A stretch of DNA of 64,000 nucleotides from an uncultured Nitrospirales bacterium. Lineage in GTDB: Bacteria > Hydrogenedentota > Hydrogenedentia > Hydrogenedentales > JAGMZX01. Numbering within the stretch: position 1 is the first letter of the stretch; every line of letters begins with the position of its first letter. The notes beneath the pieces were generated by a model. That model saw only the letters and a list, made by a program, of their open reading frames with translations. It searched no databases and was not told the origin of the DNA. The DNA is taken from NCBI GenBank assembly GCA_964569295.1, contig CAZMVU010000001.1, forward strand, positions 151,368 through 215,367. Direction: 5' to 3'. Of this stretch, positions 10,429 to 20,151 are shown piece by piece. Position numbers and translations under genes: made by a program.

Positions 10429-11760
10429 TTACTCCGGCGCATCGAGGTCCGCCAGCCAGGCCTCCGAGATGACTTTCCCGACGAGGAAGAACTTGCGGTC
10501 CGGGTGCCAAAGCACGAACGCACCGTTGCGCCGCGTGGTGCTCGGGTACACGCCGATGTCCGTGCGCGTGAGCGGGCCGATTCCGACACCGTCGTTGTCC
10601 ATCAGTTCCTTCGATTCCGAGAACCAGATGGGCTGTTCGGCATCCGGGCGGTATTCACCCAGCGCGATAAACGCGGGCCGCCGGTTCTTGCCCGTCTCCT
10701 CGCGCTTCGATCCCTCGAAGTGGCCGTCGTTATTGTGGTGCAGGAGCACATAGCGGCCTGTTTCATACTCGTAGATGGGGCAACAACACAGCGGTTCCTG
10801 AATCGGGAGTCCGTGGTCCTTGCGCAGGAGCGGCCGCGGATTGCACCAGCTTGCGCCGTCGTCGCCGCTGAGGCTGTACCAGATATACCCGGTCATGGTG
10901 CGCATGGTGCAGAAGAGGCGGCCGTCGGGCAGATAGACCAGGCTCGGCTCCTGCGCAATGCTCAGGTCCGGGTTGTCGTAATGCGGGACCTGCAAGGCCG
11001 CATCCGGGTCCGACCAGGTGACCTCGATGTCCTCCGGCTCGGGATTCTCATCGATGTTCTCGAAGCGCATGAACTCGACCACCGACTCCGCGGCCGTCCA
11101 CGAGTTGATGTGGGGCTCAGTGCGCACCGCCGGGCTCACCCAGCGCGTGAAGCCGGTGAACCACTTGCCATCGTGCGTGCGGATGGGCTTCTGCCACACG
11201 ATCCAGTTGCTCGGGTACTTCTCATCCGGGTGATCCCAAGGGCTGCGCTTCATAGGGATGGTCTGCGGCTCGGACCACGTGGCGCCGTTGTCGTCCGAGT
11301 AACAGGCGTCCATCGTGCCGGTGATCTGGTGGTGGTAATCGGCGATCCCCTGGTACTGGTTCCACACCACGTAGATGCGCCCCGACGTCGACACCATGGG
11401 GAAGCCCCAGCTCGCTTGCAGGCCTTTCTTCGGCTTCGTGGCGCCGACGATGCGCTTGGGCTCGGCCCAGGTCTCGCCGTCATCTTCCGATCGGGAGAAC
11501 ATGATCCGGTGGTCGCCCGCGCCCTCGTACGAGCTCTGGGTCCACACCGCCATGAGCGCGCCGTCCGGCCCATCGAACACCAGGAAATGTTCGTTCCCGG
11601 TGTCGAAGGTCGAGCCATCCACGCTGCCCGGCACGTAGACCACGTAGTCCGGGGCAGTGCGCTGCAACTCACGCTGCAGGATGGTCTCGGTGGATTCCGC
11701 CTCTTGCGCCGCACCGGACACGGCAACGGCAAGCAACATCAGCCAGGATAACAAGCGCAT
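10429..11760 (-). CDS. Secreted BNR/sialidase-fold (exo-alpha-sialidase-like) glycosidase
   Basis: Signal peptide (MRLLSWLMLLAVAVSGAAQ) and repeated S-x-D-x-G-x-T-W (BNR) motifs (SEDDGETW, SDDNGATW, SGDDGASW). Confidence 0.7.
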   Translation of the reverse strand: MRLLSWLMLLAVAVSGAAQEAESTETILQRELQRTAPDYVVYVPGSVDGSTFDTGNEHFLVFDGPDGALMAVWTQSSYEGAGDHRIMFSRSEDDGETWAEPKRIVGATKPKKGLQASWGFPMVSTSGRIYVVWNQYQGIADYHHQITGTMDACYSDDNGATWSEPQTIPMKRSPWDHPDEKYPSNWIVWQKPIRTHDGKWFTGFTRWVSPAVRTEPHINSWTAAESVVEFMRFENIDENPEPEDIEVTWSDPDAALQVPHYDNPDLSIAQEPSLVYLPDGRLFCTMRTMTGYIWYSLSGDDGASWCNPRPLLRKDHGLPIQEPLCCCPIYEYETGRYVLLHHNNDGHFEGSKREETGKNRRPAFIALGEYRPDAEQPIWFSESKELMDNDGVGIGPLTRTDIGVYPSTTRRNGAFVLWHPDRKFFLVGKVISEAWLADLDAPE

Positions 11761-11969
11761 GGCACGAACTCCCCGGGTTGTGTGTCCGGGAACAGGGTAG
11801 ACCAAGAAATGTCCGTGCGCAAGGGCAACGCCGCGTCAGTCACCGGACCGAAAGTCCCGCGGCGGAGAATTGCGTGACACGAATTGACACAGCGGCCATA
11901 ACCGCAACCAAAGTGGAAGAGGCTTCGAGCCTCTTGGGTAGCTGTTTTGTGCCTTACACGCCGGAACGG

Positions 11970-11993
11970 CCCAAGAAAAACGTTTTTCTTGGG
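11970..11993. repeat. Perfect 24-bp palindrome cccaagaaaaacgtttttcttggg in the DUF1080/BNR intergenic region
   Basis: Read directly; the sequence is its own reverse complement. A second 7-bp-stem hairpin (aagaggc-ttcga-gcctctt) lies at 11917..11935. Confidence 0.8.
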
Positions 11994-12102
11994 CGGCGGC
12001 ATTGGTTTTCATTGGGCGCGAAGCGCATTTGCGCCAACAAGGCCGCAAAACCCGCAACAGACCCAGCCCCCTCGCGGACACGTCCTGACAGGACCGTACC
12101 GT

Positions 12103-13107
12103 TTATCCTTCCTGCGGCACGATCCAGATATTGCGGAAGCGCACGTCGTTGCCGTGGTCCTGCAAATAGATAGGACCTTGCGGCCGTTCGCCGCCGCCCA
12201 TACCGCCCGGGGTGCGATCGTCCAACGTGAGGTCATCATGGATCACGGTGCCGTTGTGTATCACCGTTATCCGGGCGTTCGCGGTTTTCTCGCCCTGGGC
12301 GTTGAACTGGGCCGCCTGAAAATCGATGTCGTAGGTCTGCCATTGCGCGGGTGGCAACGTTGCATTGACCGATGGCGGAGAGATCTTGTAAATCCCGCCG
12401 CAATGGTTCCATGCGGGCGGCAACCCGAAGCTGTCGAGCACCTGCAATTCATAGATGCCAGCCACGTAAACCCCGCTGTTGCCCCGCGCCTGGCCAATCG
12501 CATCGGGCATGAAGGGGGTGCGAAATTCAATGTGCATTTTTGCACTGCCGAATTCCTCGATCGTGCGCAGGCCGCTGCCGCATACCTGCATGGCGCTGTC
12601 TTCTGTAAGACACCACTTTTCCGGCTCGCGCTGCCATTGGTCCAGGTTCGTGCCGTCAAAGAGGACCATGCCGTCATCGGGACAGGGGGCCCCGAGGCTT
12701 GGCGGCGTGACTTCCGTATAATCCAGCGTAAAGGCAATCTGCCCGCCGCCCTGGCGAAAGTGGCCGGTGAACGTGCGGTCCTCGATCTTGCCGCGCACCG
12801 CGTACGTGCCGCCGAGAGCCGCCCCGAGGTCAACATCGCCGGCAAACGCGGCGGCTTCCGCATCGCGCGGGCGCTCGCCTGTTACCGTGACCCGCACCGG
12901 ATCGGAGTCACCGGCGGTTACGTAGAGCGCCGCCTGCCATCGGGTCTCGCCGCGCGCCATGACCTTTGCCTCAATAGCACGCGCCTGCCACGCTCCATCC
13001 TCGAATGCGCCCAGGTACAGGCCCATTACGTCGTCTTCACGCTTTTTCGCGGCAAAGACGGTTGTCATAAGCAATACGCACAACACAAAAACGCACCATC
13101 GCAACAT
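12103..13107 (-). CDS. Secreted DUF1080 (3-keto-disaccharide hydrolase / LamG-like) domain protein
   Basis: Signal peptide and a C-terminal block (ERPQGPIYLQDHGNDVRFRNIWI) typical of DUF1080. Confidence 0.7.
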   Translation of the reverse strand: MLRWCVFVLCVLLMTTVFAAKKREDDVMGLYLGAFEDGAWQARAIEAKVMARGETRWQAALYVTAGDSDPVRVTVTGERPRDAEAAAFAGDVDLGAALGGTYAVRGKIEDRTFTGHFRQGGGQIAFTLDYTEVTPPSLGAPCPDDGMVLFDGTNLDQWQREPEKWCLTEDSAMQVCGSGLRTIEEFGSAKMHIEFRTPFMPDAIGQARGNSGVYVAGIYELQVLDSFGLPPAWNHCGGIYKISPPSVNATLPPAQWQTYDIDFQAAQFNAQGEKTANARITVIHNGTVIHDDLTLDDRTPGGMGGGERPQGPIYLQDHGNDVRFRNIWIVPQEG

Positions 13108-13260
13108 GGTTCTTCCCTTTCCAATTGCCGAGGTTATGAGGTTGGACGATTACGAACAGCCGTTACTTTAGCACACACGCACGCTCCAAAGGGAAGGTGC
13201 GCAGCCACGGCACAACACGCGGTTCAACAGCGATTACCGTCTCCGCTACAATACGCCACA

Positions 13261-14085
13261 ATGGCCAACGAAATTACCATAACCTATGCCGAGGTGCCGC
13301 TCACCGTACCGGCGGGCACCACCCTCTACGCCCTGCGCAACGCCCGCAAGCCCAACGCCGATGTGCTCGTTTACAACGGCGCACCCGCGCACGAAGATGT
13401 GCTGCTGCACGAGGGCGATGCGGTCGTGTGTATTCGCCGCGGCGAAACGCCGGACAGTGAAACACTCGAGGCGCTGATGGCTGCCCGGCACACGCCCGGG
13501 GTCCATGTGACGCTCAAGCGGGCCTGCGTGGGCATTGCGGGCGCAGGAGGTCTCGGGAGTGCGGTGGCCATTGCACTCGCGCGCATCGGTGTGGGGCGGC
13601 TTGTGTTCGCCGACTACGACGTGGTTGAACCGAGCAACCTGAACCGCCAGCAGTTCTTCGTCGACCAGATCGGCGCACTCAAGGTGCATGCCCTTGCCGA
13701 GAACCTCGCACGCATCAACCCTTACGTACGGCTCGAGGGACACGCGGTGCGCCTCACACCCGAGAATGTACCGGCGATTTTCGCCAATGTCGACGTCATG
13801 GTCGAGGCCTTTGACGCCGCGGATCAGAAGGCCATGCTCGTCGAGTCTTTCCGGTGTGCACGGCCCGAAGTACCCCTTGTGCTGGCGACGGGCCTCGCGG
13901 GCCACCGCCCGGCCAACACGGTCGTCACGCGCAAGGCCGGGCGCAACCTCGTGGTCATCGGTGACAGCGCCACCGCCGCCGCGCCGGGCACCGGCCTTAT
14001 GGCGCCACGCGTCGGCGTCGCCGCGCACCATCAGGCGAACGCCGTGCTGCGCCTCCTCCTCGGAGAAGACCCCGCCGAAGCGTGA
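13261..14085 (+). CDS. thiF: ThiS/MoaD-like beta-grasp domain fused to a ThiF/MoeB-family E1-like adenylyltransferase
   Basis: N-terminal roughly 65 aa ubiquitin-like ThiS pattern ending RRGE. This is followed by the ThiF nucleotide-binding loop (VGIAGAGGLGSAVAIALARIGVGRLVFADYDVVEPSNLNRQ). The ORF-track extension to 11947 is antisense to the DUF1080 gene and was rejected. Confidence 0.75.
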   Translation: MANEITITYAEVPLTVPAGTTLYALRNARKPNADVLVYNGAPAHEDVLLHEGDAVVCIRRGETPDSETLEALMAARHTPGVHVTLKRACVGIAGAGGLGSAVAIALARIGVGRLVFADYDVVEPSNLNRQQFFVDQIGALKVHALAENLARINPYVRLEGHAVRLTPENVPAIFANVDVMVEAFDAADQKAMLVESFRCARPEVPLVLATGLAGHRPANTVVTRKAGRNLVVIGDSATAAAPGTGLMAPRVGVAAHHQANAVLRLLLGEDPAEA

Positions 14086-14326
14086 AGGCGCCGATCGCAA
14101 TACCGCCCCTGACATGGGCTTCGCCCACAACCCACGGCGCAGAGATCCCGGGACGGCGAACGCCTGCCCACCGGCTTGTCCTCCGTAGCGCCTTGGCGAA
14201 GGGGGAGGCGTCTTCGCGAAGGTGGGACCCCGCGAGCCGCATTTCTTGAACTCGCACGAGGCAGGTGCGACTATAGCCACTTCACATGTTGCGTAAACAC
14301 GCTCCAATGGCCGGAGGGGAAAAGTC

Positions 14327-16747
14327 ATGTTGGGAAGCGCGTTACTCGTATGCGCCACACTGCTCACAGCACCGGACGCCTACTTTCAGGAAGCGGAGCC
14401 GGTCTGGGTGGAAGGCCGGGAAACGGAAAAGAACCTGTCGGTGCGTTTTCGCGCCGCGGTTTCGCTCCCGGAGGAACAACCGGCCACCTTGCGAATCGCC
14501 GCCTCGACACTCTACCGCGCCTATGTAAACGGGGCATTCGCGGGCCATGGCCCGGCCCGCGCGGCGCATGGGCACTACCGGCTCGATGAATGGAACCTGG
14601 CGGAGGCGCTCGCGCCAGGGCCGAATGTGGTGGCGATCGAGGTGGCCGGCTACAACGTAAACAGTTACTACCTGCTCGATCAGCCCGCCTTCCTCCAAGC
14701 AGAAGTAGTATCGGGCGGTGAGGTCCTCGCGGCGACAGGCGGCGCTGCGGGGACGGCCTTCGAAGCATCGATCCTCGATGAGCGCGTCCAGAAAGTGCAA
14801 CGGTTCAGTTTTCAGCGGCCGTTCATCGAGGTGTACGATCTCGCGCCGGGGTGGGACACCTGGCGCACGGCCCCGGAAGCGGATTTCCCCCCCGCACCAC
14901 TGGCCAAACAGGCGGCCAAAACGTTGATCCCGCGCAACATGCCCTACGCCGAATTCATGATCATGCCGGCGCAGGCCCAGGTCGCCAGGGGCACAATGGG
15001 CCCGGTGGAGGGCGACGTCAAGCTTTGGAAAGACCGCGCGCTGGTGAACATCGGGCCGGATCTCGGCGGCTACCCGGAAGACGAGTTGGACCTTGTGCCG
15101 TCGAACATTCTTCAGCACATGGAAACGAAGTCCCGCCACGCCCTGGGAAAGCCCTTCCACAAAGACCAGCTAATCGCGATCGAAGAAAACGATTACCACA
15201 TCATCGACCTCGGGCGGAACCTGTCGGGATTCCCGCGGTTCACGATACGGTGCACCGAGCCGGTGCGGTTGTATGTCACATGGGACGAGATTCTCATGGA
15301 AGGCGACGTGAACTGGCGGCGCCTCGGCTGTGTAAACATACTCACCTGCGACTTCGCGCCGGGCACCTACGAAGTCGAGACTTTCGAGCCATACACCATG
15401 CGCTACCTCAAGTTCATCGCGGCGCAGGGCGCGTGTGCGGTGGCAGACATCGGCATGCGGCGCTATGAAAACCCGGCCACCCACAAGGCGCGCTTCGCCG
15501 CGAGCGACCCGCAACTCGGCGATATCTTTGAAGCAGCCGTGCATACCTACGCGCAGAATGCGGCGGATTTGTTCATGGACTGTCCGCACCGGGAACGCGC
15601 GGGCTGGCTGTGCGACTCGTACTTCATCGCGAACGCGGCGCTCCACATCTCCGGCAATACGGTTATGGAGCGCGCGTTTCTGGAAAACTACGCGCAGGCG
15701 GCGGACTTCGCGTACCTGCCGGATGGCATGCTGCCCATGTGCTATCCGGCGGACCACTACAACGGCGTGTTCATCCCGAACTGGGCGCTGTGGTTCGTGG
15801 TGCAACTCGGCCCATACTCCGAGCGCAGCGGCGACGAGGAACTCATCGAAAGGCTGAAACCGAAAGTGTGCGCGCTGTTCGACTACCTCGAGCCTTTCGA
15901 GAATGAAGACGGCCTGTTGGAAAAACTCGATAGCTGGGTATTCGTCGAGTGGTCGAAAGCAAATGAGTTCGTGCAGGACGTGAACTATCCGTCGAACATG
16001 CTGTATGCCAAAGCGCTGGCGACGGCGGCAAAGCTCTACGACATGCCCGCGCTCGCGGCGAAGGCCCGGAAAACGCTCGATACCGTGCGGGAGCAGTCGT
16101 TTGATGGCGAGTTCTTCGTGGACAACGCGGTGCGTAAGGAAGACGGCAGCCTCGAGGTGACGCAAAACCACTCGGAAGTCTGCCAATACTTCGCGTTTTA
16201 CATGGGTGCAGCGACGGCGAAGGAGCATGGGCAATTGCAGCAAACACTCATCGACGCATTCGGTCCGGACCGCATCGAGAAAGGGCTGCATCCGGACGTG
16301 CACCCGGCGAATATGTTTATCGGGCATATGCTCCGCCTCGAGTTGCTGTCACAGTGGGGTGAGTATGAGAAAATTCTGGAAACGCTCAAGGGGAACTTCC
16401 ACCACATGGCCGTGGAAACGGGGACTCTGTGGGAGAACGACGGCGATTACGCGAGTCTGAACCACGGCTTCGCCAGCCACGCCGCGGTGAGCCTGTACCG
16501 TGACGTGCTCGGTGTGCAGATCAATCGCGCCGCCAAACAGGTGAACGTGCGGGCGCCGGCGATACCCGTGGCATGGTGCGAGGGCGCATTGCCCGTGGAG
16601 GGCGGCGAGGTGTTCGTGCGCTGGGAGCGCGATGCCGGGGCGGTCGACGTGACCATCGAAGCACCGGCGGGCTTTACCTATTGCGCGCAGGCAGCGGACG
16701 GTATCGAGATAGGTGCCGTCAAGACGAACATCGCAGCCGCGCTGTAG
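14327..16747 (+). CDS. Alpha-L-rhamnosidase (GH78 family), secreted
   Basis: Signal peptide. GH78 six-hairpin catalytic-domain motif (FMDCPHRERAGWLCDSY). Length about 800 aa. A GGAGGGGA RBS is present. Confidence 0.8.
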   Translation: MLGSALLVCATLLTAPDAYFQEAEPVWVEGRETEKNLSVRFRAAVSLPEEQPATLRIAASTLYRAYVNGAFAGHGPARAAHGHYRLDEWNLAEALAPGPNVVAIEVAGYNVNSYYLLDQPAFLQAEVVSGGEVLAATGGAAGTAFEASILDERVQKVQRFSFQRPFIEVYDLAPGWDTWRTAPEADFPPAPLAKQAAKTLIPRNMPYAEFMIMPAQAQVARGTMGPVEGDVKLWKDRALVNIGPDLGGYPEDELDLVPSNILQHMETKSRHALGKPFHKDQLIAIEENDYHIIDLGRNLSGFPRFTIRCTEPVRLYVTWDEILMEGDVNWRRLGCVNILTCDFAPGTYEVETFEPYTMRYLKFIAAQGACAVADIGMRRYENPATHKARFAASDPQLGDIFEAAVHTYAQNAADLFMDCPHRERAGWLCDSYFIANAALHISGNTVMERAFLENYAQAADFAYLPDGMLPMCYPADHYNGVFIPNWALWFVVQLGPYSERSGDEELIERLKPKVCALFDYLEPFENEDGLLEKLDSWVFVEWSKANEFVQDVNYPSNMLYAKALATAAKLYDMPALAAKARKTLDTVREQSFDGEFFVDNAVRKEDGSLEVTQNHSEVCQYFAFYMGAATAKEHGQLQQTLIDAFGPDRIEKGLHPDVHPANMFIGHMLRLELLSQWGEYEKILETLKGNFHHMAVETGTLWENDGDYASLNHGFASHAAVSLYRDVLGVQINRAAKQVNVRAPAIPVAWCEGALPVEGGEVFVRWERDAGAVDVTIEAPAGFTYCAQAADGIEIGAVKTNIAAAL

Positions 16748-16783
16748 CCCGCGCACGGTACTCCGGTCGGCCGGCGCGCGGCC

Positions 16784-17842
16784 CTATCCTCTCTCCGCTT
16801 CCAGGCTTGCGCGAATCCGCAGGTAGCTTTCGTAGCGGGCCCGGGAAAGCTGGCCGGCTTCAATCGCCTCGCGCACGGCGCAGCCGGGTTCGTGGGTATG
16901 CGTGCAGTCATTGAACTTACAGGCGGCGGCGTATTCGCCCAGGTCGGGGAAGTACGTGGCAACCTCCGCGGGCGACACGCCCCACAGGCCCAGCGCGCGG
17001 ATACCGGCGGTGTCGATAATACGGATGCCGCCTTCCAGCTCATACATGCGCGCGGCGGTGGTGGTGTGTTTGCCTTTTCCCGTGGCTTGGCTGACTTCCC
17101 GGGTAAGCAGGCGCGCGTTCGGGTCGAGGGCGTTTATGAGGGAGGACTTCCCAACGCCGCTGTGGCCCGAGAGCACGCTGACCTTCCCGCGCAAGGCGTC
17201 GCGCAGGGCACCGATGCCCGCGCCGGTCGCGCAACTGGTCGTGAACACGCGGATGCCAAGATCGCGGTAGATCGCGGCTTCCGGCGGCTCGGCCGGCGCC
17301 ACGTCCATCTTGTTGATACACAGTATCGGCTCTACGTGACAGCCGTACGAGGCAATGAGGTAGCGATCGATCAGGCCGGGGCGCAACGGCGGATCAGCCA
17401 CTGACGCGACAACGACGAGCAGGTCGACGTTTGCGGCGAACACCTGCTCCTCGAGGCGGGAATGCTCCGGCGCTTTGCGGCTGAGCTTCGAGCGGCGCGC
17501 CGCCACCCCGCGCACAAAGGCCTCGCCGCCCTCCCACGCGACAAGCACCTGGTCGCCGGGGGCGAGGAGGGTGGCGGTTTCTTCCTCGAGACGTTCGTCG
17601 ATCTTACACAGCAATTCCTGGCCGTCAATCTCGACAAAGGCCCATTTCTTGGAATGACTGACCACGCACGCGTTGGGGGTAAACTCCGTGGGCAGCGGTG
17701 GGCGTGGCGCATTGTCTGAAACCTTGGGCACGGCGCGCCGGTGCTTCACGCGGTCATGGGAAAAAGCAAATTCGCCCTGCGTTTCCCAGTCGCGCTCACG
17801 CACGAGCTTGCGCTTTTTCTTCCGCTTTTTCGCCATGGACAC
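16784..17842 (-). CDS. rsgA: Ribosome small-subunit-dependent GTPase A
   Basis: Circularly permuted GTPase motifs (NKMD ... GHSGVGKSSL ... DTAG) and a C-terminal Zn-finger (CKFNDCTHTHEPGC). Confidence 0.9.
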   Translation of the reverse strand: MSMAKKRKKKRKLVRERDWETQGEFAFSHDRVKHRRAVPKVSDNAPRPPLPTEFTPNACVVSHSKKWAFVEIDGQELLCKIDERLEEETATLLAPGDQVLVAWEGGEAFVRGVAARRSKLSRKAPEHSRLEEQVFAANVDLLVVVASVADPPLRPGLIDRYLIASYGCHVEPILCINKMDVAPAEPPEAAIYRDLGIRVFTTSCATGAGIGALRDALRGKVSVLSGHSGVGKSSLINALDPNARLLTREVSQATGKGKHTTTAARMYELEGGIRIIDTAGIRALGLWGVSPAEVATYFPDLGEYAAACKFNDCTHTHEPGCAVREAIEAGQLSRARYESYLRIRASLEAERG

Positions 17843-17938
17843 AAGTATAGCAGGAACGGGACATATCGGCTCACGGAGCCGCGCGCCCTTTTCACCCCGC
17901 CGCCCGTGCGGGCCAGTCGGTGTGCGTCCGGGTTCGCG

Positions 17939-18688
17939 TTACGCATACCCCCAGACCACCGAGGCTTCGCGGGCGATGCTCGGCGCTTTGGCGGCTGCAA
18001 TGTCTTGCCGCAGCCGTGCGAGGCCGGTGCGTAACTCCTCATCGGGGATGAGGTCATACGTGGAGATAAACTTGTCAGCGATCCACTGCGCATATTCCTC
18101 ATCCACAGGGCGAGGTGGTCCGACGCAGTGGTCTGAGCCCGCGTGATCAAACCCGGCCGCATTCAAAGCCTCGATCACCTCACCGATAGGTTGAAAGCGT
18201 TTGCCGTCGACGACAGCCAAACTCGGGAAATAGGCGTTTAGCGGATGGCTCTGAATAAACGTCTCGGGTACGGTGATAAAGGCCACCGAACCGTGGGTGA
18301 GCACGCGGCGGCATTCCGCGCAGAGTTGCACAACGTCCGGGATGTGGTGCAAAACATAACTCGCGTAGATGAAGTCGAAGGCGCCCTCACTGAACGGCAG
18401 ATGCATCCCATCACCGCGCACCCAGCGCACGGGCAGTTCCTTGGCGCGGCCCTGCGCCAGCATGCCGGCGGAGTATTCGAGGGTAGTCAGGGTGCAAGGG
18501 TGCGCTTCGAGGAAAGGAATGGTTTCATTGCCCGTACCAGCGCCAATCTCGAGCACCTGCTGCGCGCGCAAGATATTGGTATGGGTGATGAGTGCCTCAA
18601 AATAGGGGCCCGCCCCCGCGCGGTGCCGGTCGTAGTCCGGGGCGGCGCGGTCGTAGTCGTAGGAGGTTCCGGGGTCGGTGTGGCTCAT
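17939..18688 (-). CDS. Class I SAM-dependent methyltransferase
   Basis: Motif I LEIGAGTGN and a methyltransf_11-like pattern. ATG at 18688 (MSHTDP); the ORF-track start at 18700 is a GTG. Confidence 0.75.
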   Translation of the reverse strand: MSHTDPGTSYDYDRAAPDYDRHRAGAGPYFEALITHTNILRAQQVLEIGAGTGNETIPFLEAHPCTLTTLEYSAGMLAQGRAKELPVRWVRGDGMHLPFSEGAFDFIYASYVLHHIPDVVQLCAECRRVLTHGSVAFITVPETFIQSHPLNAYFPSLAVVDGKRFQPIGEVIEALNAAGFDHAGSDHCVGPPRPVDEEYAQWIADKFISTYDLIPDEELRTGLARLRQDIAAAKAPSIAREASVVWGYA

Positions 18689-18745
18689 GATTTTGGGCAC
18701 TCCCTTTGTACGGCTCCCGGGGACGCTCGCCCTCCCGATGGCGGC

Positions 18746-20041
18746 TCAATCCCGCTCGAAGCTCACCCGCTTCTCGATCCAGCCGGCGACTTCGTCCATC
18801 GGCATGCGCACTTGCTCGGTGGTGTCGCGATCACGGACCGTGACGGTATGGTCTTCCTTCGTGTCGAAATCGACGCAAATGCAGTAGGGCGTGCCGATTT
18901 CGTCCTGCCGGCGATAGCGCCGCCCGATAGCGCCGGACTGGTCGTAGAACGTATTGAACTTCTTGCGCAGCTTCTTCTCGAAGCCGGCGGCGATTTCCGC
19001 GAGGCCTTCTTTCTTCACAAGCGGGAGCACTGCGGCCTTGATGGGCGCCAGGCGCGGGTGCAGCTTCATGACGACCCGCTTCTCGCCGCCGATCTCGTCT
19101 TCCTCGTAGGCATCGCACAACACGGCCAACGTAGTGCGGTCGGCGCCCGCGGACGGTTCGATAACAGTCGGGAAAAAGCGCTCGTTCTTTTCCTGGTCGA
19201 AGAACTTGAGGTCCTTGCCAGAATGGTTCGAGTGCTGGGTAAGGTCGTAGGTGCCGCGGTTGGCCAACCCCTGCAACTCGCCCCAGCCGAAGGGGAATTC
19301 ATACTCCACGTCAACCGTGCGTTTCGAGTAATGGGCCAGGCTTTCTTTCGGGTGCTCGAACCAACGGAGGTTCTGCTGCGCGATGCCAAGGCTGAGGTAC
19401 CAGTCCCAAATCAGCGCTTGCCACTCCTCGAACACCCGCTCCTCGTCTTCCTCGCGGCAGAAGTATTCGATCTCCATCTGCTCGAATTCGCGGCTTCGGA
19501 AGATGAAATTGCGCGGGTTTACCTCGTTGCGGAAGCTCTTGCCGATCTGGGCAATACCGAAGGGGATCTTCACCCGGTACGAGCTGTAAATGTCCTTGAA
19601 ATCGACGAAAATGGACTGGCAGGTTTCCGGCCTCAGGTAGGTGTGGACCGCCGTGTCGTCGCTCACGCCAAGACTGGTCTTCAGCATCGAGTTGAACGCC
19701 CGCGGTTCCGTGAGCTCACCCCCACAGTCCGGGCAGTGGTCCGTCTCGAGATGGTCTTCGCGGAAGCGGTGTTTGCACTCCTTGCAGTCCACGAGCATAT
19801 CGTGAAACGCCTCGACGTGCCCGCTGGCCACCCACACATCCGGGTGCATGATGATCGAGGCGTCGAGGCCCACCATGTCATCACGCAACTGGACGAAGAA
19901 GTACCACCAGTCGTTCTTCAGGTTGCGCTTCAGTTCGACACCGAGGGGGCCAAAATCCCAGCAGCCGTTTACGCCGCCATAGATGCCGCTCGATTGGAAA
20001 ATGAATCCTTTGCGTTTGCAAAGACTGACCAGCTTGTCCAC
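18746..20041 (-). CDS. glyQS: Glycine--tRNA ligase (alpha2 homodimeric type)
   Basis: Strong similarity along the full length (FQSSGIYGG ... class II motifs FRNE, GADRT). Confidence 0.92.
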   Translation of the reverse strand: MDKLVSLCKRKGFIFQSSGIYGGVNGCWDFGPLGVELKRNLKNDWWYFFVQLRDDMVGLDASIIMHPDVWVASGHVEAFHDMLVDCKECKHRFREDHLETDHCPDCGGELTEPRAFNSMLKTSLGVSDDTAVHTYLRPETCQSIFVDFKDIYSSYRVKIPFGIAQIGKSFRNEVNPRNFIFRSREFEQMEIEYFCREEDEERVFEEWQALIWDWYLSLGIAQQNLRWFEHPKESLAHYSKRTVDVEYEFPFGWGELQGLANRGTYDLTQHSNHSGKDLKFFDQEKNERFFPTVIEPSAGADRTTLAVLCDAYEEDEIGGEKRVVMKLHPRLAPIKAAVLPLVKKEGLAEIAAGFEKKLRKKFNTFYDQSGAIGRRYRRQDEIGTPYCICVDFDTKEDHTVTVRDRDTTEQVRMPMDEVAGWIEKRVSFERD

Positions 20042-20151
20042 AACCTGCTCCTGCCTGCCTGCTTGCTTGTTTGGACGGGTACACGACGCCGCCCTGCGGT
20101 GTTGGAAGGAAAGATGAAAGGCCGTATTTTAGGCGGGCGCAGCCGGGCATG

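Noticed and set aside
11947-13260. The N-terminal 438 codons of the 712-aa plus-strand ORF (11947..14085)
   Set aside because: It lies antisense to the well-supported DUF1080 gene and has no recognisable motifs. Only the last 274 codons, from the ATG at 13261, carry ThiS-ThiF homology.
13246-14367. 373-aa minus-strand ORF
   Set aside because: It is antisense to the ThiS-ThiF gene, Arg/Ala/Gly-rich and without domain signatures. It is a typical high-GC shadow ORF.
14342-16327. Minus-strand ORFs 14342..15160, 14364..14768 and 15170..16327
   Set aside because: They are antisense to the GH78 rhamnosidase gene.
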